Positions 34,493-46,736 are shown, counted from the first letter of the stretch. The stretch is 64,000 nt of DNA from Escherichia coli (GCF_044647545.1 NZ_CP172818.1); one strand, 5' to 3'. Numbers and translations: made by a program. Notes: generated by a model not told the origin, from the letters alone.

Positions 34493-35944
34493 TTAGCACA
34501 ACGGACGTACAGCTTCGCGCATTCCTTTTTCGAGAATCGCATCCAGGTCATTAGCAACCTGCTCGACCAGACCAGGCACTTGCGTCAGGTCCTGCTCCCA
34601 GTGGTCTTTTTCTGCCAAAACAATCGCTACCAGTTCCTGGGTGCCGATAACACGGTTACGATGCTGGCTCCAGAGTTGCTGATAACGTTCCAGCCAGTGG
34701 GCATCGTCCTGTACCGGATATGTTTCTCCATTACGCTCACCGCGATAGAACGCAATCAATGCTGCTAATGCGAAAGTAAGGCGCGCCGGAAGTGTGCCGT
34801 TTGCCTTCTGCCCTGCCAGCAGCTGCGGCAGGATACGGGTGCGGAACTTGGTCATACCGTTGAGCGCGATAGACAGCAGCTGATGCTTAATGTACGGGTT
34901 ACGGAAACGCCCGGTGACAGCACTGGCGAAAGATTCCAGTTCATCACGAGGCAAATCCAGTACCGGAATAATCTCTTCGTAGATGGCTTTTTCAACGAAT
35001 GCGCAAATTTCAGCATCGTTCATCGCTTCACCTACGGTATCCAGCCCTGCCTGGAACGCCACCGGCACCAGCGCGGTGTGCGCACCGTTGAGGATTGCCA
35101 CTTTGCGCTCTTTATACGGTTTAATATCGTCAACAATCAGCACGTTGAGCGGATATTTGTCCAGACGCAGCTCAGTCGCTAAGGATTTCGGCCCCTGAAT
35201 CACAAACAGGTAAAAGTGTTCAGCGGTGTCGAGGAAACCATCGTGATAACCCAGTTCTTCTTCCAGTTTAGCCACTTCATCACGCGGATAGCCGGTAACG
35301 ATACGGTCCACCAGCGTAGAACAGAAGCTGTTAGCCTGATCCAGCCATTGAATAAATGCTTCTGGCAGTGCCCACTCTTGCGCGTAGCGCAGCACCAGTT
35401 CACGCAGTGCATCGCCGTTATAGTCGATCAGTTCACATGGTATGATGATCCAACCTTTATCCTGCGCTCCGTTGAAATGGCTAAAACGTTCGAACAGCAG
35501 ACGGGTCAGTTTTGCCGGATAACTTACCGCTGGCGCGTCATCGAATTTATCGCCCGCATGGTAGCTGATACCCGCTTCGGTGGTGTTAGAGAAAACAAAG
35601 CGCATTTCCGGGTTGTGCGCCAGTTTCAGGAATTCATCGTATTCACTGTAGACGCTGATTTCACGATTAACAGAGCGAATCAGACGCGCGTCGCTGACCG
35701 CTTCCCCCTTCTCGTTCAGACCACGGATAATGGTGGTGTACAGACCATCCTGCGTGCTCAGTGACGGCGGGAATGAAGTTTCAATCGGACGAACAACGAC
35801 CACGCCAGAATTCAGATCGGTGTGCTCATTCAGGAGATCGATTTGCCAGTCAACAAAGGCGCGCAGGAAGTTACCTTCACCAAACTGAATGATACGTTCT
35901 GGATACTGTGCACCGGGAAAATCGCGACGATTTAGTGTTTTCAC
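34493..35944 (-). CDS. uxaB: altronate oxidoreductase UxaB (tagaturonate reductase), 483 aa
   Basis: 483-aa mannitol-dehydrogenase-family ORF; synteny. Confidence 0.85.
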   Translation of the reverse strand: MKTLNRRDFPGAQYPERIIQFGEGNFLRAFVDWQIDLLNEHTDLNSGVVVVRPIETSFPPSLSTQDGLYTTIIRGLNEKGEAVSDARLIRSVNREISVYSEYDEFLKLAHNPEMRFVFSNTTEAGISYHAGDKFDDAPAVSYPAKLTRLLFERFSHFNGAQDKGWIIIPCELIDYNGDALRELVLRYAQEWALPEAFIQWLDQANSFCSTLVDRIVTGYPRDEVAKLEEELGYHDGFLDTAEHFYLFVIQGPKSLATELRLDKYPLNVLIVDDIKPYKERKVAILNGAHTALVPVAFQAGLDTVGEAMNDAEICAFVEKAIYEEIIPVLDLPRDELESFASAVTGRFRNPYIKHQLLSIALNGMTKFRTRILPQLLAGQKANGTLPARLTFALAALIAFYRGERNGETYPVQDDAHWLERYQQLWSQHRNRVIGTQELVAIVLAEKDHWEQDLTQVPGLVEQVANDLDAILEKGMREAVRPLC

Positions 35945-36171
35945 AATGGGTTCCCTTCTGATTAGTCATACAACCTGTTTGAATTGGTACGACAGGTTAG
36001 CAAACTTTAATACGCCGAACCCCTGTTTTGATCAACTCCTGATGATTAATGAGCAGTTTTATGAGAAAAGTGTGGCGCGGATCATGGTTTAATCGAGGAA
36101 CTACGCCTTTTATTCGCTCAATAAAGTGGTAGAACACATTCCATTTAAATCGCTGTGAATGAATAAAGATG

Positions 36172-37119
36172 TCAGACAACTTCCTCACCGTAACGCATAG
36201 TGCTGGTACGGTTGCGCCCATCTTTCTTCGAGCGATACAGACATGTATCGGCTTCGACCATCAATTTATTAAAGTCATCGGTCAGCGTTCGGTACGATGC
36301 GCAACCACTACCGACGCCAATACTTACCGTGAGATAAAGCGTTTTTTGTTGCCAGGTGAACGGTTGCAGTTCAACGCCTTTACGGATTTTTTCCGCCATT
36401 AGCAGACCATCGACAGGATTCACCGATGGCACTGCAACAGCAAATTCCTCGCCGCCCATTCGCGCCACCAGCCCCTTATCACCGACAATCTTCTGAATAT
36501 GCTGGGCAAACACGCTTAACACTTTATCGCCACATTCATGTCCATAGTTATCGTTAATGCTTTTGAAATAGTCGATATCAAGCAGCATGACAGTCAGATG
36601 TTGTGTCTGTTTCAGCGATGGACTTTTCAGCGCCTCATAAAGACCGGACCGTGAGTAAACCTGAGTCAGAAAATCAAAGTCGGCTCGCAGCGCAACTTGC
36701 TTCATTAGCGAATTGATCGCTGCCACGCTAAAAGAAACCATAATTGGGCATATCGCCATCGTGGCAATACCGAGACGTGCGGAGAACATTTCTGGAATGG
36801 AGAATGGCGAACCGACCGAGATATCAATCACCGAATTTGCCACCAGTACGATTTCCACCGCACCGGTGACAAAGGTCAACAGACATGTTACCTGCGGCGT
36901 ATAGCGCACTGCACACCAGATTAATGCAGGCAGCGGGAACGCCAGACTCCCCGCTCCGCCAATGACTACCGAGGCAATAACCGACACAATAAGCGCGATG
37001 GCGGGCATCATCTGTTCTGCTTTAAAGCGCGGCAGCACTCCCGGAATAGCCAACGTCAGCATACAAGGCACGATCAACACGCCCGTTGAGAATTGCTCAC
37101 TGAACCAGTCCGCAAGCAA
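36172..37119 (-). CDS. dgcF: membrane-anchored diguanylate cyclase DgcF (YneF), 315 aa
   Basis: N-terminal TM segments plus GGDEF-type domain with degenerate-looking motif RMGGEEF. Confidence 0.85.
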   Translation of the reverse strand: MLADWFSEQFSTGVLIVPCMLTLAIPGVLPRFKAEQMMPAIALIVSVIASVVIGGAGSLAFPLPALIWCAVRYTPQVTCLLTFVTGAVEIVLVANSVIDISVGSPFSIPEMFSARLGIATMAICPIMVSFSVAAINSLMKQVALRADFDFLTQVYSRSGLYEALKSPSLKQTQHLTVMLLDIDYFKSINDNYGHECGDKVLSVFAQHIQKIVGDKGLVARMGGEEFAVAVPSVNPVDGLLMAEKIRKGVELQPFTWQQKTLYLTVSIGVGSGCASYRTLTDDFNKLMVEADTCLYRSKKDGRNRTSTMRYGEEVV

Positions 37120-37199
37120 AGGCCAGAAATCCAGACTATCAATACTGACCGAACCAATCCCCCAAATACCATAATAATCGGCAATCAGACAGTAATTAA

Positions 37200-37500
37200 A
37201 TACCTAACACTTACTCTCATACTTATTTTTCCCCAAACCTTATCCCCACGACCAAACGACAAAAATAAACATCATATAGAAATTGATACCAGAAACCCCC
37301 CCATCTTTACACATAAACCACACCCACAAACGACGCAAGAAGACGATAAACCAAAAAAGAAAACCCCCCAAACGAAAAAAAAAAAAAGGAAAACCAAAAA
37401 AAAAAAAAAAAAAAAAAAAAAAAGAAAAAAAAAAGAAAAAAAAAAAAAAAAGAAAGGGAAAAAAATAAAAAAGAAAAAAAAAAAAAAAAAGATAGCATGT
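37200..37500. repeat. A/C-rich low-complexity block with long poly-A runs
   Basis: Plus strand nearly devoid of G/T from about 37200, then A-runs up to about 27 nt punctuated by single G (37376-37490); yields Lys-rich/Phe-rich spurious ORFs. Confidence 0.9.
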
Positions 37501-37563
37501 TCGCTGACAGCGGCGGCAAATAAAGATACCTAATGAATGCCATTTTATCGATTTCCGTAATTA

Positions 37564-37923
37564 TCATGGCTGATTCATCTGTATAACCAGCCAGTGATAG
37601 ATTACCGTCACAATATAACGTTGTTGCTCCTCACTTAACGCTTCCCCTTGAGGAATGTTATGCCACTTAGCCAGACAACCGCGACAACAGGTCGCGGTGG
37701 CGTGTTGAGCGATAAAAACCGGATGCCCGCGCATGGGGGTTTGCTTACCGTCGTTAGCCGGTAATGCCGGAGCAAGACGTTTAGCGACAAAATCCGCCGC
37801 ATGTTGTTCGATGACTGGCGCACCTTTCTCCAGACAATACTGACGCTCTTTCATGCCCAAACGAAAGCGAGAGCGAAATTTTGAACGGGATAAACGCGCG
37901 AAGAGTGGATCGAGAGACTGCAT
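37564..37923 (-). CDS. yneG: uncharacterised protein YneG (DUF4186), 119 aa
   Basis: 119-aa ORF whose start codon overlaps glsB stop by 1 nt; synteny. Confidence 0.8.
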   Translation of the reverse strand: MQSLDPLFARLSRSKFRSRFRLGMKERQYCLEKGAPVIEQHAADFVAKRLAPALPANDGKQTPMRGHPVFIAQHATATCCRGCLAKWHNIPQGEALSEEQQRYIVTVIYHWLVIQMNQP

Positions 37924-38849
37924 TAATAAACTGAACGCCCTAATTGTTTCGTCAATTGTTCAAGGACAGCAATGCCCGCAAGCGAGTTACCGGCATCATC
38001 CAGTTCCGGGCTCCAGACTGCGATGGCCATTTCATGCGGAACAATCGCCACAATACCGCCACCAACGCCAGATTTTGCCGGTAGTCCCACCCGCCAGGCA
38101 AACTCCCCCGCGTTCTGGTACATACCACTGGTCGCCATCAGCGCGTTAATTTGCCGCGCCTGCATTGGCGTCACCACAGGTTCATCAATATGAATAGCTT
38201 TACCCTGATTAGCCAGAAAGACAAACGTCCGGGCCAGCTCTACACAGCTCATTTTCAGAGCGCAGTAATGAAAGTAGTTTTGCAGAACGGTTGTCACATC
38301 ATGATGGAAATTGCCAAACGACTTCATCAGCCAGGCGATAGCCGCATTTCGCGCGGAGTGTTCAAATTCGGAACGCGCTACCACCGTATCGTAGGAAATA
38401 TCAGACACACCGCTTAAGCCGCGCACGACTTCCAGCATACGTTGCCGAGGAGCGCTTAATCGCCCTTGCAACATATCGCAGACCACCAGCGCACCGGCAT
38501 TAATAAACGGATTACGCGGAATACCCTGCTCCATTTCCAGTTGCACTAAAGAATTGAACGGTGATCCAGACGGATCTTTGCCGACGCGTTGCCAGATTTC
38601 CTCTTCGGAGTAATGACGCATGGCGACAACGAGACTCAGCACTTTGGAAATAGACTGAATGGAAAAACGTTCTTGCGCGTCTCCGGCCTGAAAAAGCTGT
38701 CCGTCAACGGTACAGATAGCAATCCCCAATCGGGAACCGTCTACCGTAGCCAGCGCCGGAATATAATCCGCGACTTTACCCTGACCAATGAGCGGCCGCA
38801 CTTGCCGCAAGATGTTTTCTAAAATTGCATTATCCATGGCGACTGCCAC
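37923..38849 (-). CDS. glsB: glutaminase 2 GlsB (YneH), 308 aa
   Basis: 308-aa serine-dependent glutaminase-family ORF; synteny. Confidence 0.85.
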   Translation of the reverse strand: MAVAMDNAILENILRQVRPLIGQGKVADYIPALATVDGSRLGIAICTVDGQLFQAGDAQERFSIQSISKVLSLVVAMRHYSEEEIWQRVGKDPSGSPFNSLVQLEMEQGIPRNPFINAGALVVCDMLQGRLSAPRQRMLEVVRGLSGVSDISYDTVVARSEFEHSARNAAIAWLMKSFGNFHHDVTTVLQNYFHYCALKMSCVELARTFVFLANQGKAIHIDEPVVTPMQARQINALMATSGMYQNAGEFAWRVGLPAKSGVGGGIVAIVPHEMAIAVWSPELDDAGNSLAGIAVLEQLTKQLGRSVY

Positions 38850-38912
38850 TTTCTACTCCTGGACCGCAGGTCTGAAAAGACCTGCGAGTATATCAGAGCT
38901 GAATATATAGCG

Positions 38913-40301
38913 TCAGACCCGGTCTTTCCACACCGTCTGGATATTACAGAATTCGTGTAAGCCAAAATGGGAAAGCTCACGCCCAAAGCCACTCTTCTTC
39001 ACACCACCAAAGGCGACTCGCGCGTCGCTGGCACAGTAACCATTGATAAACACCCCACCGCATTCCAGACGTGCCGCCATCTGTCTGGCCCGGGTTTCGT
39101 CGGTGGTGAAAATGGTCGCTGAAAGGCCGAACTCGCTATTATTAGCCAGTTCCAGTGCATGTTCTGCATCTTTCGCAATGGTGATTGCCGCAACGGGGCC
39201 AAACATTTCTTCCCGAAACGCGGTCATTTCTGGGGTAACATTCGCCAGAACCGTTGGCGGATAGTAGTTACCTGCCCCAGCCATCTTTTCCCCGCCCAGT
39301 AACAAACGCGCACCCTGCGCCAGGGTTTTCTCCACCTGATGATGCAGCTCATCACGTAAATCAAAACGAGCCATTGGTCCGAGAGTGTTCTCTTCGTCAC
39401 GGGGATCGCCCATTTTCAAGGCTGCCGCAGCTGCCACAAAACGTTCGGTAAATGCCGAAGCAATTCCCTCTTCGATGATAAAGCGTTTTGCCGCTGCACA
39501 AACCTGTCCGGTATTCTGATAACGTCCGGCTACCGCCGCTTTAACCGCCAGTTCCAGATCGGCATCGTTAAGCACAATAAATGGATCCGAACCGCCCAGT
39601 TCCAGTACGCATTTTTTCAGTGCCGCTCCAGCCTGTGCGCCAATAGCCGCTCCCGCACGAACACTTCCGGTCACCGTGACAGCAGCAATGCGCGAGTCTT
39701 TAATCATCTGACTGACGCCGTCGTTGTCGGCATTCAGCCAGCCATATACGCCTTGTGGGATACCCGCATCTTTAAACACCTGGGCAATGAGCTGTGCACA
39801 GCCCATCACATTCGGCGCATGTTTAAGTAAGTAGCCGTTACCTGCAAGAATGATGGGAACCGCGCCACGCATCACCTGCCATAACGGAAAATTCCACGGC
39901 ATAATCGCCAGAATTGTCCCCAACGGTCGATACTCAATAACTGCCTGCTGATTTTCCACCAGCGTAGGTTCCGCCTTCAGCATTGCCGGACCATGTTCTG
40001 CATACCAGTCACACAAATTCGCCGATTTCGCCACTTCAGCGCGCGCCTGGTTGATTGGTTTGCCCATTTCACGGGTGATCATTTGCGCCATTTCTTCGCT
40101 ACGGACACGCAGAGCCTTACCGATATCACGCAGTTTTTCAGCACGATAATCTATATTTGTCTCGCGCCAGTCGCGAAAGCCTGCTGCCGCCAGCTGAAGT
40201 GCGTTTTCGATATCATCAGCGCCAGCCCACGGCAGCACAGAAAGTTGTTCACCGGTGGCAGGATTTATCGAAATTGCATGAGTTGCCGGAGTAATGGTCA
40301 T
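38913..40301 (-). CDS. sad: NAD-dependent succinate-semialdehyde dehydrogenase Sad (YneI), 462 aa
   Basis: Aldehyde dehydrogenase family (catalytic Cys region [13 protein letters not shown] motif). Confidence 0.85.
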   Translation of the reverse strand: MTITPATHAISINPATGEQLSVLPWAGADDIENALQLAAAGFRDWRETNIDYRAEKLRDIGKALRVRSEEMAQMITREMGKPINQARAEVAKSANLCDWYAEHGPAMLKAEPTLVENQQAVIEYRPLGTILAIMPWNFPLWQVMRGAVPIILAGNGYLLKHAPNVMGCAQLIAQVFKDAGIPQGVYGWLNADNDGVSQMIKDSRIAAVTVTGSVRAGAAIGAQAGAALKKCVLELGGSDPFIVLNDADLELAVKAAVAGRYQNTGQVCAAAKRFIIEEGIASAFTERFVAAAAALKMGDPRDEENTLGPMARFDLRDELHHQVEKTLAQGARLLLGGEKMAGAGNYYPPTVLANVTPEMTAFREEMFGPVAAITIAKDAEHALELANNSEFGLSATIFTTDETRARQMAARLECGGVFINGYCASDARVAFGGVKKSGFGRELSHFGLHEFCNIQTVWKDRV

Positions 40302-40401
40302 CGGGGTATCTCCTTTATGGGTTATGGTAAAAAGATACGCAGATTTACTCTTGCTTGAAAATGAATAATATTAAGCCACTTATTCACGAATCGAGAATAT
40401 T

Positions 40402-41283
40402 ATGGATCTGACCCAACTGGAGATGTTCAACGCGGTTGCCGAAGCTGGCAGCATTACCCAGGCTGCAGCAAAAGTGCATCGCGTGCCGTCGAATCTCACT
40501 ACCCGTCTACGCCAGCTGGAAACAGAACTGGGGGTTGATCTGTTTATTCGCGAGAATCAGCGTTTACGTCTCTCGCCTGCCGGGCATAACTTTTTACGCT
40601 ATAGCCAACAAATTCTCGCGTTAGTGGATGAAGCGCGGAGCGTTGTCGCTGGCGATGAGCCGCAAGGTTTATTTTCTCTTGGTTCGCTGGAAAGCACCGC
40701 TGCAGTGCGCATTCCGGCCACGCTGGCGGAATTTAACCGTCGTTATCCCAAAATTCAGTTTTCACTTTCCACCGGCCCTTCCGGCACTATGCTGGAAGGT
40801 GTGCTGGAGGGAAAACTGAATGCAGCGTTTATTGATGGGCCCATTAACCATACTGCCATTGACGGGATACCGGTGTACCGCGAGGAGCTGATGATCGTCA
40901 CGCCACAAGGACATGCGCCAGTAACCCGCGCCAGTCAGGTAAATGGCAGTAACATTTATGCCTTCCGCGCCAATTGTTCGTATCGTCGCCACTTCGAGAG
41001 CTGGTTTCATGCTGATGGTGCCGCTCCGGGAACTATTCACGAGATGGAGTCGTATCACGGGATGTTGGCCTGTGTGGTCGCAGGAGCAGGCATTGCGCTT
41101 ATTCCACGCTCTATGCTGGAAAGTATGCCGGGGCATCACCAGGTTGAAGCGTGGCCGTTAGCTGAGCAATGGCGTTGGTTAACAACCTGGCTGGTCTGGC
41201 GTCGCGGTGCGAAAACGCGTCCGCTTGAGGCATTTATTCAACTACTGGATGCGCCTGACTCGGCAAAACAGGGTTACCAATGA
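40402..41283 (+). CDS. yneJ: LysR-family transcriptional regulator YneJ, 293 aa
   Basis: N-terminal LysR HTH ([23 protein letters not shown]), divergent from sad. Confidence 0.85.
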   Translation: MDLTQLEMFNAVAEAGSITQAAAKVHRVPSNLTTRLRQLETELGVDLFIRENQRLRLSPAGHNFLRYSQQILALVDEARSVVAGDEPQGLFSLGSLESTAAVRIPATLAEFNRRYPKIQFSLSTGPSGTMLEGVLEGKLNAAFIDGPINHTAIDGIPVYREELMIVTPQGHAPVTRASQVNGSNIYAFRANCSYRRHFESWFHADGAAPGTIHEMESYHGMLACVVAGAGIALIPRSMLESMPGHHQVEAWPLAEQWRWLTTWLVWRRGAKTRPLEAFIQLLDAPDSAKQGYQ

Positions 41284-41360
41284 GCTATTTTTGATAGTTC
41301 TTGCGGCTAATATGCTCTATATAGTGATGTTCCGATGACTTATGACTATATGGGGCAAAT

Positions 41361-42476
41361 ATGGTTACGCCAGTAAGCATCAGCAATTACATATCTCTTC
41401 CTGATGATTTTCCCGTACGTAATATTGCACCGCAGGTAAAAGAAGTTTTAAAGGATTTCATTGATGCACTTAGTACAATAATATGTGATGAAGAATGGCG
41501 CACGTCTTTAAACATCAACTCAGCCACAAAAAAGATATTTAATAACCTTGACAACTTATCATATATTCAGAGGACTTCTTTTCGGGGTAACGACACGCTA
41601 TACAATGAAAAGGTTCAGTTTAAACTCACTTATCCCGTCAAGAATGGAAGACACAAAGAAAATATTGAATTTCAGGTAGTAATAAATTTAAGCCCTATTT
41701 ATTTAGATAATTTCCGCCATGATGGGGAAATTAATATTTTTTGCGCTCCCAACCCAAAGCCTGTCACTATGGGGCGCGTATTTCAGACCGGCGTCGAGCG
41801 TGTACTCTTTCTGTTTCTGAATGACTTTATAGAACAATTTCCAATAATCAACCCTGGCGTTCCTATCAAAAGAGCGCATACGCCACATATTGAACCCCTG
41901 CATCCGGATCACCATACCGCTGCAGATTACATACGCCAGTTTGATTTGCTTGTCCTGAATTTTATCTCTCGCGGTAATTTTGTCATACTCCCCCGATTAT
42001 GGAATAACTCTGAGGTTCACAGATGGTTCGGGAATAAAGAACCTAACTTGCTCACCGCTATTCTCGACATAACGGACAGCGAATTAAAAGAGGATTTATT
42101 GCAAAGTCTGATGGATTCACTAGGTTCTAACAAACATGTACTACCCGAAGTCTGCATCTGCTTTTTATCCCTTTTAGCAGAACAAGATTTTCCACATTTT
42201 CAGGAGTTGTTTTTATTTTTCGCCAATATGTTATTGCACTATCACCAATTTATGAAACCCAATGAAAGTGATTTGATTGACGTGTTGATGCCAGCATCAT
42301 TAAGTGATGATAAAATTATCAAACATATGGCGCGCAAGACCCTCAAACTTTTTGTAAAAAATGAAACGCCGCCAAAAGTTACTCATGAAGACCTGGTGAA
42401 AAACAGGCCTCGCTCCCCTGTCAGACCACCTATACCCGCAACCTCCAAAACGCCAGACCTCCCTGAACGTCATTAA
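41361..42476 (+). CDS. yneK: uncharacterised protein YneK, 371 aa
   Basis: 371-aa ORF, AT-rich codon usage unlike neighbours, no recognisable domain; synteny. Confidence 0.7.
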   Translation: MVTPVSISNYISLPDDFPVRNIAPQVKEVLKDFIDALSTIICDEEWRTSLNINSATKKIFNNLDNLSYIQRTSFRGNDTLYNEKVQFKLTYPVKNGRHKENIEFQVVINLSPIYLDNFRHDGEINIFCAPNPKPVTMGRVFQTGVERVLFLFLNDFIEQFPIINPGVPIKRAHTPHIEPLHPDHHTAADYIRQFDLLVLNFISRGNFVILPRLWNNSEVHRWFGNKEPNLLTAILDITDSELKEDLLQSLMDSLGSNKHVLPEVCICFLSLLAEQDFPHFQELFLFFANMLLHYHQFMKPNESDLIDVLMPASLSDDKIIKHMARKTLKLFVKNETPPKVTHEDLVKNRPRSPVRPPIPATSKTPDLPERH

Positions 42477-42625
42477 ACCGTGATGTGACCGACTCTCTGA
42501 CGCGTGAAAGAATCAGCGTCAGAGAAACGGAAAACGCGATCCAGATCACAAATGCATTGTATTCACATCATTAACCGTTTTAAGATCATTTCATCACTTT
42601 TTCGCAACTCACCCGATAATCTGTT

Positions 42626-43816
42626 ATGACAACAAACACTGTTTCCCGCAAAGTGGCGTGGCTACGGGTCGTTACGCTGGCAGTCGCCGCCTTCATCTTC
42701 AACACCACCGAATTTGTCCCAGTTGGCCTGCTCTCTGACATTGCGCAAAGTTTTCACATGCAAACCGCTCAGGTCGGCATTATGTTGACCATTTACGCAT
42801 GGGTAGTAGCGCTAATGTCATTGCCTTTTATGTTAATGACCAGCCAGGTTGAACGGCGCAAATTACTGATCTGCCTGTTTGTGGTGTTTATTGCCAGCCA
42901 CGTACTGTCGTTTTTATCGTGGAGTTTTACCGTTCTGGTGATCAGTCGCATTGGTGTGGCTTTTGCACATGCGATTTTCTGGTCGATTACGGCGTCTCTG
43001 GCGATCCGTATGGCTCCGGCCGGGAAGCGAGCGCAGGCTTTGAGTTTAATAGCCACCGGTACAGCACTGGCAATGGTATTAGGTTTACCTCTCGGGCGCA
43101 TTGTGGGGCAGTATTTCGGTTGGCGAATGACCTTCTTCGCGATTGGTATCGGGGCGCTTATCACCCTTTTGTGCCTGATTAAGTTACTTCCCTTACTGCC
43201 CAGTGAGCATTCCGGTTCGCTGAAAAGCCTCCCGCTATTATTCCGCCGCCCGGCATTGATGAGCATTTATTTGTTAACTGTGGTGGTTGTCACCGCCCAT
43301 TACACGGCATACAGCTATATCGAGCCTTTTGTGCAAAACATTGCGGGATTCAGCGCCAACTTTGCCACGGCATTACTGTTATTACTCGGTGGTGCGGGCA
43401 TTATTGGCAGCGTGATTTTCGGTAAACTGGGTAATCAGTATGCGTCTGCGTTGGTGAGTACGGCGATTGCGTTGTTGCTGGTGTGCCTGGCACTGCTGCT
43501 ACCTGCGGCGAACAGTGAAATACACCTCGGGGTGCTGAGTATTTTCTGGGGGATCGCGATGATGATCATCGGGCTTGGTATGCAGGTTAAAGTGCTGGCG
43601 CTGGCACCAGATGCTACCGACGTCGCGATGGCGCTATTCTCCGGGATATTTAATATTGGAATCGGCGCGGGTGCGTTGGTAGGTAATCAGGTCAGTCTGC
43701 ACTGGTCAATGTCGATGATTGGTTATGTGGGCGCGGTGCCTGCTTTTGCCGCGTTAATATGGTCAATCATCATTTTTCGCCGCTGGCCAGTGACACTCGA
43801 AGAACAGACGCAATAG
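42626..43816 (+). CDS. ydeA: MFS sugar efflux transporter YdeA, 396 aa
   Basis: 12-TM-type MFS ORF; synteny next to marC. Confidence 0.85.
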
Positions 43817-43820
43817 TTGA

Positions 43821-43842
43821 AAGGCCCATTCGGGCCTTTTTT
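43821..43842. terminator. bidirectional rho-independent terminator between convergent ydeA and marC
   Basis: Hairpin aaggccc-att-cgggcctt flanked by T-run on plus strand. Confidence 0.55.
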
Positions 43843-44506
43843 AGTGGTACGTTTTAATGATTTCCAGGATGCCGTTAATAATAAACTGCACCCCCATACA
43901 TACCAGCAGGAATCCCATCAGACGGGAGATCGCTTCAATGCCACCCTTGCCCACCAGCCGCATAATCGCGCCGGAGCTGCGTAGGCTTCCCCACAAAATA
44001 ACCGCCACCAGGAAAAAGATCAGCGGCGGCGCAACCATCAGTACCCAATCAGCAAAGGTTGAACTCTGACGCACTGTGGACGCCGAGCTAATAATCATCG
44101 CTATGGTTCCCGGACCGGCGGTACTTGGCATTGCCAGTGGTACAAAAGCAATATTGGCGCTGGGTTCATCTTCCAGCTCTTCCGACTTGCTTTTCGCTTC
44201 CGGTGAATCAATCGCTTTCTGTTGCGGAAAGAGCATCCGAAAACCGATAAACGCGACGATTAAGCCGCCTGCAATTCGCAGACCGGGAATCGAAATGCCA
44301 AATGTATCCATCACCAGTTGCCCGGCGTAATACGCCACCATCATGATGGCAAAGACGTACACCGAGGCCATCAACGACTGACGATTACGTTCGGCACTGT
44401 TCATGTTGCCTGCCAGGCCAAGAAATAACGCGACAGTTGTTAATGGGTTAGCTAACGGTAGTAACACCACCAGCCCCAGGCCAATTGCTTTAAATAAATC
44501 TAACAT
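43841..44506 (-). CDS. marC: inner membrane protein MarC, 221 aa
   Basis: Hydrophobic 221-aa ORF divergent from marRAB. Confidence 0.85.
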   Translation of the reverse strand: MLDLFKAIGLGLVVLLPLANPLTTVALFLGLAGNMNSAERNRQSLMASVYVFAIMMVAYYAGQLVMDTFGISIPGLRIAGGLIVAFIGFRMLFPQQKAIDSPEAKSKSEELEDEPSANIAFVPLAMPSTAGPGTIAMIISSASTVRQSSTFADWVLMVAPPLIFFLVAVILWGSLRSSGAIMRLVGKGGIEAISRLMGFLLVCMGVQFIINGILEIIKTYH

Positions 44507-44654
44507 TGGTGGTTGTTATCCTGTGTATCTGGTTTATCAGCGAAAAGTATAAGGGGTAAACAACGATAAAGTGTCACTCTTTAGCTAACCTTGCATCGCA
44601 CTGACCAAAACTTGAACCGATTTAGCAAAACGTGGCATCGGTCAATTCATTCAT

Positions 44655-44717
44655 TTGACTTATACTTGCCTGGGCAATATTATCCCCTGCAACTAATTAC
44701 TTGCCAGGGCAACTAAT
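44655..44717 (+). promoter_or_regulatory. marO promoter-operator with two MarR-binding palindromes
   Basis: -35-like TTGACT followed by TACTTGCCTGGGCAATATTAT (site I) and TTGCCAGGGCAACTAAT (site II) immediately upstream of the GTG start of marR. Confidence 0.8.
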
Positions 44718-45152
44718 GTGAAAAGTACCAGCGATCTGTTCAATGAAATTATTCCATTGGGTCGCTTAATCCATATGGTTAATCAGAAGAAAGATCGCCT
44801 GCTTAACGAGTATCTGTCTCCGCTGGATATTACCGCGGCACAGTTTAAGGTGCTCTGCTCTATCCGCTGCGCGGAGTGTATTACTCCGGTTGAACTGAAA
44901 AAGGTATTGTCGGTCGACCTGGGGGCGCTGACCCGTATGCTGGATCGCCTGGTCTGTAAAGGCTGGGTGGAAAGGTTGCCGAACCCGAATGACAAGCGCG
45001 GCGTACTGGTAAAACTTACCACCAGCGGCGCGGCAATATGTGAACAATGCCATCAATTAGTTGGCCAGGACCTGCATCAAGAATTAACAAAAAACCTGAC
45101 GGCGGACGAAGTGGCAACACTTGAGCATTTGCTTAAGAAAGTCCTGCCGTAA
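44718..45152 (+). CDS. marR: multiple-antibiotic-resistance repressor MarR, 144 aa (GTG start)
   Basis: Winged-helix MarR-family ORF; first gene of marRAB. Confidence 0.9.
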
Positions 45153-45172
45153 ACAAAAAAAGAGGTATGACG

Positions 45173-45556
45173 ATGTCCAGACGCAATACTGACGCTATTA
45201 CCATTCATAGCATTTTGGACTGGATCGAGGACAACCTGGAATCGCCACTGTCACTGGAGAAAGTGTCAGAGCGTTCGGGTTACTCCAAATGGCACCTGCA
45301 ACGGATGTTTAAAAAAGAAACCGGTCATTCATTAGGCCAATACATCCGCAGCCGTAAGATGACGGAAATCGCGCAAAAGCTGAAGGAAAGTAACGAGCCG
45401 ATACTCTATCTGGCAGAACGATATGGCTTCGAGTCGCAACAAACTCTGACCCGAACCTTCAAAAATTACTTTGATGTTCCGCCGCATAAATACCGGATGA
45501 CCAATATGCAGGGCGAATCGCGCTTTTTACATCCATTAAATCATTACAACAGCTAG
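45173..45556 (+). CDS. marA: AraC/XylS-family activator MarA, 127 aa
   Basis: Trimmed to [46 protein letters not shown]... (127 aa); ORF track alternative start at 45167. Confidence 0.9.
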
Positions 45557-45587
45557 TTGAAAACGTGACAACGTCACTGAGGCAATC

Positions 45588-45806
45588 ATGAAACCACTTT
45601 TATCCGCAATAGCAGCTGCGCTTATTCTCTTTTCCGCGCAGGGCGTTGCGGAACAAACCACGCAGCAGTTTGTTACTTCCTGTGCCAATGTCGTGGTTGT
45701 TCCCCCATCGCAGGAACAACCACCGTTTGATTTAAATCACATGGGTACTGGCAGTGATAAGTCGGATGCGCTCGGCGTGCCCTATTATAATCAACACGCT
45801 ATGTAG
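45588..45806 (+). CDS. marB: periplasmic protein MarB, 72 aa
   Basis: 72-aa ORF with signal peptide, third gene of mar operon. Confidence 0.85.
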   Translation: MKPLLSAIAAALILFSAQGVAEQTTQQFVTSCANVVVVPPSQEQPPFDLNHMGTGSDKSDALGVPYYNQHAM

Positions 45807-45836
45807 TTTGTTCTGGCCCCGACATATCGGGGCTTA

Positions 45837-46736
45837 TTAACTTCCCACTTTTACCGCTTTACGCCACCGCAAGCCAAATACATTGATATACAGCCCGGTC
45901 ATAATGAGCACCGCACCGAAAAATTGCAGGCCCGTTAAGCGTTCATCCAGCAATAGTGCCGCACTTGCCAGTCCAACTACAGGCACCAGTAACGATAACG
46001 GTGCAACCCGCCAGGTTTCATAGCGTCCCAGTAACGTCCCCCAGATCCCATAACCAACAATTGTCGCCACAAACGCCAGATACATCAGAGACAAGATGGT
46101 GGTCATATCGATAGTAACCAGACTGTGAATCATGGTTGCGGAACCATCGAGAATCAGCGAGGCAACAAAGAAGGGAATGATTGGGATTAATGCGCTCCAG
46201 ATTACCAGCGACATCACCGCCGGACGCGTTGCGTGCGACATGATCTTTTTATTGAAGATGTTGCCACACGCCCAACTAAATGCTGCCGCCAGGGTCAACA
46301 TAAAGCCGAGCATCGCCACATGCTGACCGTTCAGACTATCTTCGATTAACACCAGTACGCCAAAAATCGCTAAGGCGATCCCCGCCAATTGTTTGCCATG
46401 CAGTCGCTCCCCGAAAGTAAACGCGCCAAGCACGATAGTAAAAAACGCCTGTGCCTGTAACACCAGCGAAGCCAGTCCAGCAGGCATACCAAAGTTAATG
46501 GCGCAGAACAGAAAGGCAAACTGCGCAAAACTGATGGTTAATCCATACCCCAGCAGCAAATTCAGTGGTACTTTCGGTCGTGCGACAAAAAAGATAGCCG
46601 GAAAAGCAACCAGCATAAAGCGCAAACCGGCCAACATCAGCGGTGGCATGTTATGAAGCCCCACTTTGATGACCACAAAATTTAGCCCCCATACGACCAC
46701 TACCAGTAGCGCCAACACCCCATCTTTTCGCGACAT
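45837..46736 (-). CDS. eamA: cysteine/O-acetylserine exporter EamA (YdeD), 299 aa
   Basis: ORF track 306 aa; trimmed to MSRKDGVLALLVVVVWGLNF start (299 aa); DMT-superfamily 10-TM protein. Confidence 0.85.
   Translation of the reverse strand: MSRKDGVLALLVVVVWGLNFVVIKVGLHNMPPLMLAGLRFMLVAFPAIFFVARPKVPLNLLLGYGLTISFAQFAFLFCAINFGMPAGLASLVLQAQAFFTIVLGAFTFGERLHGKQLAGIALAIFGVLVLIEDSLNGQHVAMLGFMLTLAAAFSWACGNIFNKKIMSHATRPAVMSLVIWSALIPIIPFFVASLILDGSATMIHSLVTIDMTTILSLMYLAFVATIVGYGIWGTLLGRYETWRVAPLSLLVPVVGLASAALLLDERLTGLQFFGAVLIMTGLYINVFGLRWRKAVKVGS

Noticed and set aside
37093-37567. Lys-rich (37093-37533, 37283-37468) and Phe-rich (37307-37567) ORFs
   Set aside because: Translation of the poly-A block in both orientations; not plausible proteins.
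41361-42476. yneK as a possible horizontally acquired novel gene (AT-rich, no recognisable domain)
   Set aside because: It is an annotated K-12 gene of unknown function in its expected location; the sequence alone gives no basis for assigning a function.
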